Shown here: positions 40,840-51,033 of the stretch, piece by piece
How the letters are laid out: the number at the start of each line of letters is the position of its first letter
Numbering within the stretch: position 1 is the stretch's first letter
The notes under the pieces: model-generated
Databases searched by the model: none
What the model was told of the DNA's origin: nothing
Seen by the model: the letters and a program-made list of their open reading frames with translations, nothing else
Translations under genes and position numbers: made by a program
From: Alphaproteobacteria bacterium
GTDB lineage: Bacteria > Pseudomonadota > Alphaproteobacteria > UBA6615
Length of the DNA stretch: 64,000 nt
Reading direction: 5' to 3'
Assembly (NCBI GenBank): GCA_038131445.1
Contig: JAYPPL010000010.1
Location: forward strand, 349,918 to 413,917

Positions 40840-41669
40840 GCGCGACCGTCATCGTCCTGGGCAACGAGAAGGGGGGCTCGGGCAAATCGACCACGGCGAT
40901 GCATGTCATCGTCGGGCTGCTGCGTGAGGGCTACACCGTCGGGGCGATCGACCTGGACGCCCGGCAGGGGACGCTTGCGGGGTATTTCGACAACCGCCGG
41001 ATCTACGCTGCGAAGCAGGGAATGAACCTGCCGCACCCGACCTACCGGGCCATCGAGCGGAGCAAGCTGGACAACCGGCCTGAAGCGGAAGCCGACGAAC
41101 GTGCACGGCTGGAGGCCGCACTCGGCGGACTGGCCGATACCTGTGACGTGATCGTCATCGATACACCGGGCAGCGACAGCTACCTGTCGCGCTTGGGTCA
41201 TTCCTATGCGGACATCCTGATCACGCCGATCAACGACAGTTTTGTCGATTTGGCGCTGCTGGGCCGGGTCGATCCGGACACCAACAAGGTTCTGTCGCCC
41301 AGCAGTTATTCCGAAATGGTCTGGGAACAGAAAAAGGCGCGCGCGCTGCGTGACGGCGGCTCAATCGACTGGATCGTAATGCGCAACCGTCGCGCGGCGC
41401 TGGATTCACGTAATAAGCGGAATATGGACGAGGCGCTGGAGGTGTTGTCCGCGCGGCTCGGCTTCCGGCTTGCCCGCGGGTTCGGCGAACGCGTGATCTT
41501 CCGCGAATTGTTCCTGAAGGGGCTGACGCTGCTGGATATCCGGGAAGAAGGCTCAGAGGTTGGTCTGACGATGTCCCATGTGGCGGCGCTTCAGGAGGTG
41601 CGTAACCTGCTGCACGCGCTGGGGGTGCCCGAGGTGGTGGCCGCGCCCGAAGTGGCGGCGGCGCGCTAG
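40836..41669 (+). CDS. mipZ: Division plane positioning ATPase MipZ
   Basis: GNEKGGSGKSTT, IDLDARQ, TPINDSFVD, DWIVMRNR, ERVIFRELF.KGLTLLD, MSHVAA. Confidence 0.9.
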   Translation: MSATVIVLGNEKGGSGKSTTAMHVIVGLLREGYTVGAIDLDARQGTLAGYFDNRRIYAAKQGMNLPHPTYRAIERSKLDNRPEAEADERARLEAALGGLADTCDVIVIDTPGSDSYLSRLGHSYADILITPINDSFVDLALLGRVDPDTNKVLSPSSYSEMVWEQKKARALRDGGSIDWIVMRNRRAALDSRNKRNMDEALEVLSARLGFRLARGFGERVIFRELFLKGLTLLDIREEGSEVGLTMSHVAALQEVRNLLHALGVPEVVAAPEVAAAR

Positions 41670-41678
41670 GCTGAGATT

Positions 41679-42404
41679 GTGCCGGGCAGCGAACGCGATA
41701 CCAGACTTCCCGCCGGTCGTTCGAGCCGGTCCGAGATCGATGCTTTCCTGCAGAAGGTGGCGGCGACGCCCGCGCCGAGCACGGCAGGCCGACGCGGACG
41801 GCTGCTGTTCGCCATCGATGCGACAGCAAGCCGAGAGCCCACCTGGGATATCGCCTGCCAGATCCAATCAGAAATGTTCTCCGCGACCGGGAATATTGGT
41901 GGGTTGGAAGTGCAACTTGCTTTCTATCGCGGCTTCGGGGAGATGAAGGTCACCAAATGGCTGGAGTCCTCCGAAGAACTGGTCCGGCGCATGCTGCGCG
42001 TGCGCTGCCTCGCGGGGCGGACCCAGATACGGAAGCTGCTCCGCCACGCGCTCAAGGAAACCAGGAAGCAGAAAGTAGATGCGCTGGTCTTCGTCGGTGA
42101 TGTGGTGGAAGAGGATATCGATGAGCTTGGACAGATGGCCGGGGAAATGGGGCTCGTCGGAACGCCGGTGTTTGTGTTCCAGGAAGGTGGTGAGCCGATC
42201 TCCCGCAGCGCCTTCCAGCAGGTCGCGCGCCTGTCCGGCGGGGCCTATTGCAGCTTCGACGCGGGCAGCGCCGCTCAATTGCGCGACCTGTTGACGGCGG
42301 TGGCGGTGTTTTCGACGGGCGGGCGACGGGCTCTCGAAGACCTCGGCAAGGCGCAAGGCGGGCGGGTTCTCCAGATCGCCGACCAGATGCGCGGGAAAAA
42401 GTGA
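41679..42404 (+). CDS. vWA-domain protein
   Basis: LLFAIDATASR MIDAS-like motif, FYRG, GRTQI, VFVGD. Confidence 0.82.
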   Translation: MPGSERDTRLPAGRSSRSEIDAFLQKVAATPAPSTAGRRGRLLFAIDATASREPTWDIACQIQSEMFSATGNIGGLEVQLAFYRGFGEMKVTKWLESSEELVRRMLRVRCLAGRTQIRKLLRHALKETRKQKVDALVFVGDVVEEDIDELGQMAGEMGLVGTPVFVFQEGGEPISRSAFQQVARLSGGAYCSFDAGSAAQLRDLLTAVAVFSTGGRRALEDLGKAQGGRVLQIADQMRGKK

Positions 42405-42408
42405 TGCG

Positions 42409-43137
42409 ATGCCCTGGCTGATTCTGGCGATCTGTCTTCTGGTCGGTGGCGTTCTGATCCTGCGATGGTTTTTGAGCACGCCGCCTGCCGACATCCTGCG
42501 CGTGCTTCGCTGGACCGCGCTTGTCCTGCTGGTCGTGGGGTTTCTGGCGATAGCGCTTTCGGGGCGCTGGAACTTGCTGTGGATGATCGCACCGCTGATT
42601 GTACCTCTGCTCCTGCGTTGGCGCGCGCTGCGAAGTATCCGCCGTAATGCCCGGGGCCCGAGCCCCGGCCGCTCGAGTGAGGTCGAGACCCGATACCTGC
42701 GCATGACCCTCGATCATGACAGCGGAGACATGGACGGTGAGGTTCGCGAAGGCCGATTCCGGGACCGCACGCTGTCGTCTCTTTCTCTGGAGGAGATTGT
42801 GGAACTCTGGCGGGAATACGCGCTGCGGGACGAGCAATCGAGGACCGTTCTGGAAAGCTATATGGACCGAACCTATTCGGACTGGCGCGAGGCCGCCGGC
42901 GACGATGCATCGCGTTCAGGCCGCCAGGATAAGGGGGGCAGCGAGTCACCTTGGGCGCATGATGACATGAGCGTCCGTGAGGCGCGGGACATTCTGGGGG
43001 TCGATGAGTTGGCGACCGACTCGGAAATCGAGGCCGCATGGCGGCGTGAAATGAAACGCGCCCACCCCGATCACGGCGGTTCCGACCGGATGGCGGCCAA
43101 GATCAACCAGGCGAAAGACGTTTTGCTAAAACGCTGA
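42409..43137 (+). CDS. Membrane-anchored DnaJ-domain protein
   Basis: N-terminal TM helices; LRMTLDHDSG; C-terminal J domain with HPD. Confidence 0.88.
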   Translation: MPWLILAICLLVGGVLILRWFLSTPPADILRVLRWTALVLLVVGFLAIALSGRWNLLWMIAPLIVPLLLRWRALRSIRRNARGPSPGRSSEVETRYLRMTLDHDSGDMDGEVREGRFRDRTLSSLSLEEIVELWREYALRDEQSRTVLESYMDRTYSDWREAAGDDASRSGRQDKGGSESPWAHDDMSVREARDILGVDELATDSEIEAAWRREMKRAHPDHGGSDRMAAKINQAKDVLLKR

Positions 43138-43227
43138 CGGGGTGTGCTTGCATCCAATCGTGAGGCTATGGCAGAAGGGCCGCTTCCAGCCGCTCGGCGA
43201 ACCGAAACGGACCTCTGCTTAGTTCCG

Positions 43228-44109
43228 ATGGAAAACCGCGTACGCAAGGCGATCTTTCCGGTCGGCGGTATGGGCACTCGGTTTTTGCCCGCCACCAAGG
43301 CCATGCCCAAGGAAATGCTTCCGGTTGTGGATCGGCCGCTGATCCAGTACGCCGTCGATGAGGCGCGCGCGGCGGGGATCGAGCAGTTCATCTTCGTGAC
43401 AGGGCGCGGCAAGAGCGCGATCGAGGACCACTTCGATCACTCCATTGAACTCGAGAACCTGCTCGCGGCCCGCCACAAGTCGGACATTCTGAACGACCTG
43501 CGTGAGACCCTGCTTCCGCCTGGCGACATAGCTTATGTACGCCAGCAAGAACCCCTCGGCCTTGGCCATGCGGTGTGGTGCGCGCGGAACCTCGTCGGCA
43601 ATGAGCCGTTTGCCGTACTGCTGGCTGACGATCTAATCCAGTCCGACACACCTTGTCTGAAGCAGATGGTCGATGTGTTTGCCGAGACGGGCGGCAACGT
43701 GATCGCGGCCATGGAAGTTCCCGACACTCATACCTCACGCTACGGCATCATTGATGCTGGCGGTGCAAAAGGATATGTGCGGCCGGTGCAGGCGCTGGTC
43801 GAAAAGCCCGCGCCGGGGACAGCGCCGTCGAACCTAGCCGTGATCGGCCGGTATATCCTGATGCCGGACGTGTTCGATGAGCTTTCGCGCAAGGAAAAGG
43901 GCGCGGGCAATGAGATTCAGCTCACCGACGCGATGGCGCGGCTGATTGACCGCCAACCGTTCCATGGGCTGGCGTTCGAGGGGCAGCGTTTCGACTGCGG
44001 CGACAAGCTCGGTTTTCTGGAAGCGAATATCGCCTTTGCGATGGCGCGCGACGACCTAGGTGAGGGCACGTGCGAGATGATCCGGCGGCTTGGAGAAGAA
44101 TTCGCATGA
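43228..44109 (+). CDS. galU: UTP--glucose-1-phosphate uridylyltransferase
   Basis: GTRFLPATKAMPKEML, RQQEPLGLGHAV, VEKP, EIQLTDA. Confidence 0.95.
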   Translation: MENRVRKAIFPVGGMGTRFLPATKAMPKEMLPVVDRPLIQYAVDEARAAGIEQFIFVTGRGKSAIEDHFDHSIELENLLAARHKSDILNDLRETLLPPGDIAYVRQQEPLGLGHAVWCARNLVGNEPFAVLLADDLIQSDTPCLKQMVDVFAETGGNVIAAMEVPDTHTSRYGIIDAGGAKGYVRPVQALVEKPAPGTAPSNLAVIGRYILMPDVFDELSRKEKGAGNEIQLTDAMARLIDRQPFHGLAFEGQRFDCGDKLGFLEANIAFAMARDDLGEGTCEMIRRLGEEFA

Positions 44110-45428
44110 AAATTGCCATGGTGGGCACTGGCTATGTCGGCCTGGTGTCGGGTGCGTGCTTCTCGGAATTCGGGTGGGATGTTGTCTGTGTCGATAACAA
44201 TTCGGACAAAATCGCCATGCTCAAGCACGGACGGATGCCGATTTATGAGCCGGGCCTCGAGGATCTAGTCGAGCGCAATGTCGCGGCGGGCCGGCTGACC
44301 TTTACCACCGATCTAGAAGCCGCCGTGAAGGACGCTCAGGCGGTGTTCATTGCCGTGGGTACGCCATCGCGCCGCGGTGACGGTCACGCCGACCTGTCCT
44401 ACGTCTTCCAAGCGGCCGAAGATATCGCGCGTCATGCCGACGGTTACACGGTGTTGGTCACGAAATCGACCGTTCCAGTGGGGACGGGACGTGAAGTCAT
44501 GAAGCGTATCTATGCCGTACGGCCTGATGCCGAAATCGAGATTGCATCCAATCCTGAGTTCCTGCGCGAGGGTTCGGCGATCGAGGACTTCATGCGACCT
44601 GACCGGGTTGTGATCGGCGCAGATACTGAACGCGCGGCGGAGGCGGTGAGTGCGCTGTATCGCCCGCTCTATCTGCGCGACACGCCGATCATCAAGACTA
44701 GTCTGGAGACGGCGGAGCTTATTAAGTACGCAGCCAACACCTTCCTTGCGACAAAGATCACCTTCATCAACGAGTTTGCAGATCTGTGCGAGAAGGTGGG
44801 TGCGGATGTGCAGGACGTCGCGAAGGGGATCGGTCTCGACGGGCGGATCGGTTCCAAGTTCCTGCACGCCGGCCCGGGATATGGCGGGTCGTGTTTCCCG
44901 AAGGACACAGCCGCGCTGGTGCGCTCGGCACGTGACGCAGGCGCCCCGATTTCCATCGTCGAACAGGTCATCTCGGTCAACGACAACCGCAAGGAAGCGA
45001 TGGCGCGCAAGATCATCGATGCCTGCGGCGGCGATGTCTCCGGCAAGACCATCGCGGTGCTGGGCCTGACTTTCAAGCCGAACACCGACGACATGCGCGA
45101 TTCCCCGTCTCTGGTGATCGTGCCGCGGCTGATCGAAGCGGGCGCGACCGTTCGCGCCTTTGATCCGGTCGGCATGGACGAGGCGAAGAAAGCCCTCGAC
45201 GGTCCGGTGTGGTGCCGCGACGCCTATGACGCCATGGACGGCGCGGACGCCGTGGCCATCGTCACGGAATGGAACGAATTTCGGGCCCTTAACCTTGAGC
45301 GGGTGAAATCGCTTCTTAAAAAACCTGTGATGATCGATCTACGCAATGTGTACCGGCCGCAGCAGATGCGTGACACGGGTTTCGACTATGTATCGATCGG
45401 ACGCGCCAGCGTTTCGGCTGCCGGTTAG
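44106..45428 (+). CDS. ugd: UDP-glucose 6-dehydrogenase
   Basis: GTGYVG, KSTVPVGT, SNPEFLREG, GYGGSCFPKD, FKPNTDDMR. Confidence 0.95.
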   Translation: MKIAMVGTGYVGLVSGACFSEFGWDVVCVDNNSDKIAMLKHGRMPIYEPGLEDLVERNVAAGRLTFTTDLEAAVKDAQAVFIAVGTPSRRGDGHADLSYVFQAAEDIARHADGYTVLVTKSTVPVGTGREVMKRIYAVRPDAEIEIASNPEFLREGSAIEDFMRPDRVVIGADTERAAEAVSALYRPLYLRDTPIIKTSLETAELIKYAANTFLATKITFINEFADLCEKVGADVQDVAKGIGLDGRIGSKFLHAGPGYGGSCFPKDTAALVRSARDAGAPISIVEQVISVNDNRKEAMARKIIDACGGDVSGKTIAVLGLTFKPNTDDMRDSPSLVIVPRLIEAGATVRAFDPVGMDEAKKALDGPVWCRDAYDAMDGADAVAIVTEWNEFRALNLERVKSLLKKPVMIDLRNVYRPQQMRDTGFDYVSIGRASVSAAG

Positions 45429-45436
45429 GGGCAGTT

Positions 45437-46822
45437 ATGTCCAGTCCCCACAGTTTTGATGGCACCATCCTGCGTGAATACGATATTCGCGGCGTGGTCG
45501 ATGACACGCTGACGACGGATGATGCCTATGCGGTCGGCCGCAGTTTCGGGTCCTGCGTCGTCGAATCCGGGGGCGACCAGGTCGCGCTGGGATATGACGG
45601 TCGCCTGACCTCCCCGAAGCTGGCTGAAGCCGTGGTCGAGGGGCTGATGGCGTGCGGACTGCATGTGAAGCGCGTCAACATGGGCCCGACCCCGATGCTG
45701 TCCTTCGCGATCCGGCATCTGGATACCGGCTCCGGCATTATGGTGACGGGCAGTCACAACCCGCCGAACTACAACGGGTTCAAGATGACGCTTGCCGGCA
45801 AGCCCTTCTTCGGCGAGGCGATCCAGCGTCTGGGCAGGATTGCGAAAAGTGCTGACTACGCGTCGAGCACCGGCAGTGTCGAGGACATCGATGTCCGCGA
45901 GGACTACGTCGAAGTGCTGGCGCGCGAACATCAGCCGCTGCGCATAGCCCGCGTGGCCTGGGACCCCGGCAACGGCGCCACCGGTGAAGTGCTCAACATG
46001 CTGTGCACGCGCATGCCCGGCCATCACCATGTGATCAACGGTATCGTCGATGGGACGTTTCCGGGGCATCACCCCGACCCGACGGTGGCGGAAAACCTGG
46101 TCGAACTCCAAAACCACATCGCCGAGAACGAGTGCGAGCTGGGGATTGCCTTTGATGGAGATGGTGACCGCATAGGCGTTGTGGATGGCAGGGGCCGCAT
46201 CCTATGGGCGGACCAACTGATGATGCTTTTTGCCGAGGATGTGCTGCGCGAGGATCCGGGTGCGACGATCATCGCCGACGTAAAATCCAGCCAGGTCCTG
46301 TTTGACGAGATCGCGCGGCTGGGCGGTGTGCCGGTCATGTGGAAGACCGGCCATTCGCTGATCAAGACGAAGATGGCCGAGACAGGGGCGCCGCTGGCGG
46401 GCGAGATGAGCGGCCATATCTTCTTCGCGGATCGCTATTTCGGCTTCGATGACGGCTTGTATGCGGCCGTGCGCTTGTTAGGGTTGCTGGAGCGGCAGGG
46501 CGTCACGCTTGCTGACCTGCGCGACCGCATTCCCAAGGTGCAGAATACGCCCGAATTGCGCTTTCCCTGTGACGAGACGCGCAAGTTCGAAGTGATCGGA
46601 GAGGTCGAGGCGCGTCTGGCGGCAGCGGGCGCCGATGTGACCGGGATTGACGGCGTGCGAGTGAACACCGAAGACGGCTGGTGGCTGCTGCGCGCCTCCA
46701 ACACCCAGGATGTGCTGGTTGCGCGCTGCGAGGCCCGTGATCTAGATGGCCTGGAGCGACTCAAACGCGAACTAGTCGGACATCTGGAGGCTTGCGGCAG
46801 TTCTGCGCCCGACGGTCTGTAG
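45437..46822 (+). CDS. Phosphomannomutase/phosphoglucomutase
   Basis: YDIRG, TGSHNP, FDGDGDR, GEMSGH, RASNT. Confidence 0.93.
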   Translation: MSSPHSFDGTILREYDIRGVVDDTLTTDDAYAVGRSFGSCVVESGGDQVALGYDGRLTSPKLAEAVVEGLMACGLHVKRVNMGPTPMLSFAIRHLDTGSGIMVTGSHNPPNYNGFKMTLAGKPFFGEAIQRLGRIAKSADYASSTGSVEDIDVREDYVEVLAREHQPLRIARVAWDPGNGATGEVLNMLCTRMPGHHHVINGIVDGTFPGHHPDPTVAENLVELQNHIAENECELGIAFDGDGDRIGVVDGRGRILWADQLMMLFAEDVLREDPGATIIADVKSSQVLFDEIARLGGVPVMWKTGHSLIKTKMAETGAPLAGEMSGHIFFADRYFGFDDGLYAAVRLLGLLERQGVTLADLRDRIPKVQNTPELRFPCDETRKFEVIGEVEARLAAAGADVTGIDGVRVNTEDGWWLLRASNTQDVLVARCEARDLDGLERLKRELVGHLEACGSSAPDGL

Positions 46823-46974
46823 GGCGCGCGAGTCCCTCTCTAGGCGCCCCATTGACCTGGATCACCGGTTCCCGGCACAAGATCCTTTCCGAAATGCTGT
46901 TCGCCCTTATAAGGCGAGTTGGGTATGACAAGTGTTAGAGTAGTCCGAGATTGGTCCAGGGAAGAGAGGTCGCA

Positions 46975-48087
46975 ATGAGACTTGGGTATTTCGCCATGCC
47001 GGTGCATCCGTTGCACCGCAATCACACCGAGACGCTGAAGGAAGACCGCAACGCGATCATCTTCTGCGATGAGTTGGGTTTCCATGATGCGTTCATGGGC
47101 GAACACCTGACGGACAAAGCGGAAAACGTTACCAGTTCGATGCTGTTCCTCGCGACGCTGATTCACTCGACGAAGCAGATTAAGCTAGCCACGGGAACCA
47201 CGAACCTGTCGCACCTGCATCCCGTGCTGGTGGCGACCCATGCAGCGATGTTCGATCACCTGGCCGAAGGCCGGTTTATCATGGGTATTAGCCCGGGTGC
47301 GCTGACTTCAGATGCTGAAGCGGTAGGCATCTTGGGCGAAGACCGCAACCAGATTTTTGCTGAGGCGATCGACGTAATCCTTGAAATCTGGAAGCGCGAT
47401 TATCCCTACAATATCGACCTGCCGAACAATCGGTTCAAGGTGACTACGGAGTCCACGCTCTTTGCTGAGACAGGCGTCGGGATCATGCCTAAGCCCTATC
47501 AGGATCCGTATCCAGAGATCGTAGGAACGGTCGTGGCGCCCTTCTCGAAAGGCGTAATTGCCATGGGTAAGCGCGACTTCCATCCGCTGTCGGCGAACTT
47601 CCTACTCGACAAGTGGGTGGCGACGCACTGGCCGAACTACGTGCTGGGTAAGGAAGAGGCCGGTGAGAAGGCCGATACGTCCGACTGGCGCATCGCGCGC
47701 ACGATCTTCGTGGCGGACGACGCGGCGACCGCGCGGCGCTATGGCCGTGACGACGATAAGAGCCCCTACCGGTTCTATTATAACCAGATATATACGAAGC
47801 TAAAGAAGGCCAACCGTCATGTAGTGTTCAAACATGAGCGTGACGAGCCGGATGAGGCGATCAACATCGAGCGGATCATGGATGACCTGGTCATCTGCGG
47901 CACTGTAAACGACGTGGTCGATCAGATATTGGCCTTCCGTGAGGTGACCGGCGATTTCGGTGAACTGGTCTATGCCGGCATGGACTGGGTCGACGAGGAT
48001 CTCGGCCGTCGGTCCATGCAACTCATGGCCGAAGAGGTGATGCCGCGTGTGAATGAGGCTATCGGCCAGGCGGAAGCTGCCGAATAA
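46975..48087 (+). CDS. LLM-class (luciferase-like) flavin-dependent monooxygenase
   Basis: MRLGYFAMP, GFHDAFMGEH, FDHLAEGRF, SMQLMAEEVMP. Confidence 0.88.
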   Translation: MRLGYFAMPVHPLHRNHTETLKEDRNAIIFCDELGFHDAFMGEHLTDKAENVTSSMLFLATLIHSTKQIKLATGTTNLSHLHPVLVATHAAMFDHLAEGRFIMGISPGALTSDAEAVGILGEDRNQIFAEAIDVILEIWKRDYPYNIDLPNNRFKVTTESTLFAETGVGIMPKPYQDPYPEIVGTVVAPFSKGVIAMGKRDFHPLSANFLLDKWVATHWPNYVLGKEEAGEKADTSDWRIARTIFVADDAATARRYGRDDDKSPYRFYYNQIYTKLKKANRHVVFKHERDEPDEAINIERIMDDLVICGTVNDVVDQILAFREVTGDFGELVYAGMDWVDEDLGRRSMQLMAEEVMPRVNEAIGQAEAAE

Positions 48088-48104
48088 GGTTTTCTGTTAT
48101 GCAC

Positions 48105-48138
48105 AAGAAGAGCCCCGCCGTACGGCGGGGCTTTTTTG
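48105..48138. terminator. Intrinsic terminator between convergent LLM and carboxypeptidase genes
   Basis: agccccgcc-gtac-ggcggggct followed by TTTTT. Confidence 0.85.
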
Positions 48139-49380
48139 TCAGCGTGCAGCTGCGATTTGCAGACCGCCGTTGGGCGTGACTAGCACGCAGGGGGCGCCGG
48201 TGCGGCGCAAGTTGCGGCAGATACGACTGGCATCTGAGCGTTTCATGCCGACGATGCGTGCGCGATAGAGCGTTGCCCCCTCGCCATGTACCGGGGTGAC
48301 CTTAACCGAGGCGGTTTTCGGGAGGTCCACGAGGCGCTGCGCGGTGAAGCCGGCTGCAGCCCGTGCCTTGCTCAAACCTCGAAAGGCACCGATCTGCACG
48401 CCCCATTCGAGCTCCGTCGTGGACTGTGCCGGCGCCGGTTCGATGCGGATTTCTGCGATTTCTAAGCTGCTCTGATCCGAACCAGTTTTCAGCGAGAAAG
48501 GCCGGGGAGCCGGCGCAGCGGCGACTGTGGAGCTGGTTCGCGCGCGGGCCCAGGACTTGTTGAGGATAGAGACCATATGCGCATCGCGCGACCGGCCGGT
48601 CTTGCCGCCGAAGACAACGCCAATCAGACGGACGCCGTCGCGCTTGGCGGATGCGACGAGATTAAACCCGGAGGCATTGATGTAGCCAGTCTTGATACCG
48701 TCCATGCCTTCATAGCTGCGCAACAGTTTGTTGTGGTTCCGGTAAGACCGCTTGCCGTGCTGATAGGTCAGTTCGGAGAAATGGCTGTAGTGGTGCGGAA
48801 AGCGCTTGAGCATTTCCCGGGCAAGGGTCGCCATATCGCGCGCCGTCGTACGTTGCCGTCTATTGGGCAGGCCCGATGCATTCGTGAAGGTCGTGTTCTT
48901 CATGCCGATGGCCCGCGCGCGTTTAGTCATTAGACGTGCGAAATTTGATTCGGTACCGCCTATAGCTTCGCTAACTATGGTCGCGACATCATTAGCAGAT
49001 TTGACCGACAACGCGTTGATGGCTTCGCCCACCGTGATTGCCGATCCGACCTTGAGGCCAAGCTTGGACGGCGGTTGGCCCGCCGCACGGCGGGAGACCT
49101 GGAGAGGCTGGTCGAGCGAGAGTTTGCCGGTGTCGAGCGCTTCAAACACCATGAACAATGTCATGATTTTGGTTAGCGAGGCGGGATAACGCCGAGCATC
49201 GGCGTTGCGGGCGAAGAAAACCTGGCCCGTATCGGCATCCATCACGAAGGCGGCGTATCTCGAGGCTTGTGCGGGTGCGCTTGCAATGGACACAGCCAGC
49301 AGCGCTGCGGCGAACGTGCCCAACAGTTGAGACGCACGCGGGGTGATCCCGTACAATGATGCGCTCAAGCAAAGGCTCAC
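48139..49380 (-). CDS. D-Ala-D-Ala carboxypeptidase (S11) with C-terminal SPOR domain
   Basis: PASLTK, KSAND, KTGY, WGVQIGAF...LYRAR; start uncertain. Confidence 0.9.
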   Translation of the reverse strand: MSLCLSASLYGITPRASQLLGTFAAALLAVSIASAPAQASRYAAFVMDADTGQVFFARNADARRYPASLTKIMTLFMVFEALDTGKLSLDQPLQVSRRAAGQPPSKLGLKVGSAITVGEAINALSVKSANDVATIVSEAIGGTESNFARLMTKRARAIGMKNTTFTNASGLPNRRQRTTARDMATLAREMLKRFPHHYSHFSELTYQHGKRSYRNHNKLLRSYEGMDGIKTGYINASGFNLVASAKRDGVRLIGVVFGGKTGRSRDAHMVSILNKSWARARTSSTVAAAPAPRPFSLKTGSDQSSLEIAEIRIEPAPAQSTTELEWGVQIGAFRGLSKARAAAGFTAQRLVDLPKTASVKVTPVHGEGATLYRARIVGMKRSDASRICRNLRRTGAPCVLVTPNGGLQIAAAR

Positions 49381-49520
49381 TTTAAAATTCCTATCGGGTA
49401 AACGGCCAAGGGTAATTCTTTCAATTGAATCAATAAGATTCTAATAAACGCTCCGGAGCCGTGTAAATAACACTGTTAGATTAATATCGCATTTGACCGG
49501 GATACACGGCTGTCAAAAGG

Positions 49521-50171
49521 TTGCTGATAGCGCGAACACTACTTGCCGCCGCCGGGGTTCTGCTTGCTGCATGCACCTTTATACGGGTTCCGTTAGCAAC
49601 CTGTTCGAGCGGCCGCTGACGTGGTTCAGCTATGTCGCGGGCGACGATATCCGAAAAGCCTGCCTCGGTGGCGGACGGGAATATTTCCGCGTCGTCTATA
49701 AAACCATCTATGAAAAGCAGATCAGGACCTACGAGATGCAGGGCGTCGATGGCGGGGCTCGGTACACGGCGCGTCCGCGCAACGAAAGCGGGCAGATGTT
49801 GCGCTTCCAGTTCTCCAATCTCCTCGGTCCCTGGGAACTTTCAAGCGCGAACGTGACGCTGACCGATTCGCAGCCCGTTGTCATCGTGGATGCATTCTCG
49901 CGCAATGCGGCAGCGGCGCCCGATCCCGCCGGCCGTCAGGTGGCGGGCAACGAGTTCTACTGCATCGTGTCGGCGTGCAACGCCGGCCAATTCCGGGTCT
50001 GGCTGTTCGAGCAGGACAAGACGGATCTTTCGGCGCTGACGTTCGTGCCGGAGCTCCGGCGCTTTGACAACACCGGGATTGCGTTCCGGGAGGTCAAACC
50101 CCTTGGAGGGGTTTGACGACAATGTCTTCTATATCAATATAAACGCGGCGGAAGACGGGATCGTTCCCTGA
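49521..50171 (+). pseudogene. Frameshifted hypothetical lipoprotein
   Basis: Lipobox leader MLIARTLLAAAGVLLAAC is out of frame with the body (LTWFSYVAGDDIRKAC...); a second shift near 50100 would add FDDNVFYININAAEDGIVP*. Confidence 0.5.
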
Positions 50172-50202
50172 CCGCAACTGTTTTAAGGGGGAGAGAGAAA
50201 AC

Positions 50203-51033
50203 ATGCCGCTGCTCAGACGAGAGGACTATCCAGACCAGCTTCCGCGGCCGGAGCCGATCCTCGCTTTCCAGAATGAACTGTGGGATCGCAGCCGCGACGT
50301 GGACGGTGTCGATATCGCCTGGGGCGACGATATCTATCAACATATTTCGATCTATCCCGCGCCCCTGCCGAACGGGCAGGTCTTCGCCTTTATCCATGGC
50401 GGGCGCTGGACGAGCGGCCACAAGGAGGCGATGGCCTTCATGGCGCCGGTTTTCCATGAGGCGGGGATCACCTTCGCCAGCCTCGGCCACCGGCTTGCGC
50501 CGCACAGCTATGACGAGGGGTTTCCCGACTTGTGTAACGGTATCGCCTGCCTGGCGGCGAACGCGGACCGGCATGGTGGAGATTCCCGGCGCATTTTCAT
50601 CGGCGGCCATTCCTCGGGTGGTCACTACGCGGCGCAGCTCGCCGTGACGCGTGACTGGCAGGCCCGTCACGGCCTGGCGCGCGACGTCGTCAAGGGCTGC
50701 CTGCCGATATCCGGCGTCTATGACCTGATGGAATCGGCCTATTCGGGCGACTGGCCACCGCCGTGCCTGAAGGACGGCGATGACGGGCGTGAGAAGAGCC
50801 CGCAGCACCGCCTTGCGGAAACCCCGCCGCCCTTCTTGACGGCCTGGGGCAGCGACGATTACGACTTCCTGATCCCGCAGGCCAAGACGTTCGCGGCTTC
50901 GCTCGCCGATGCCGGGGCCGACGTTGAGACGGTTGAACTGGCCGGCAAGACCCATTTCTCCGTGTTGGGAGAAGGGGCGGCGCCCGGCGGTGAATGGAGT
51001 GCGCGCGCGACGGCGTGGATCGCGGCGCGCTAG
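50203..51033 (+). CDS. Alpha/beta hydrolase (arylformamidase/esterase-like)
   Basis: FIHGGRW, GHSSGGH nucleophile elbow, ISGVYDL, THFS. Confidence 0.88.
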   Translation: MPLLRREDYPDQLPRPEPILAFQNELWDRSRDVDGVDIAWGDDIYQHISIYPAPLPNGQVFAFIHGGRWTSGHKEAMAFMAPVFHEAGITFASLGHRLAPHSYDEGFPDLCNGIACLAANADRHGGDSRRIFIGGHSSGGHYAAQLAVTRDWQARHGLARDVVKGCLPISGVYDLMESAYSGDWPPPCLKDGDDGREKSPQHRLAETPPPFLTAWGSDDYDFLIPQAKTFAASLADAGADVETVELAGKTHFSVLGEGAAPGGEWSARATAWIAAR

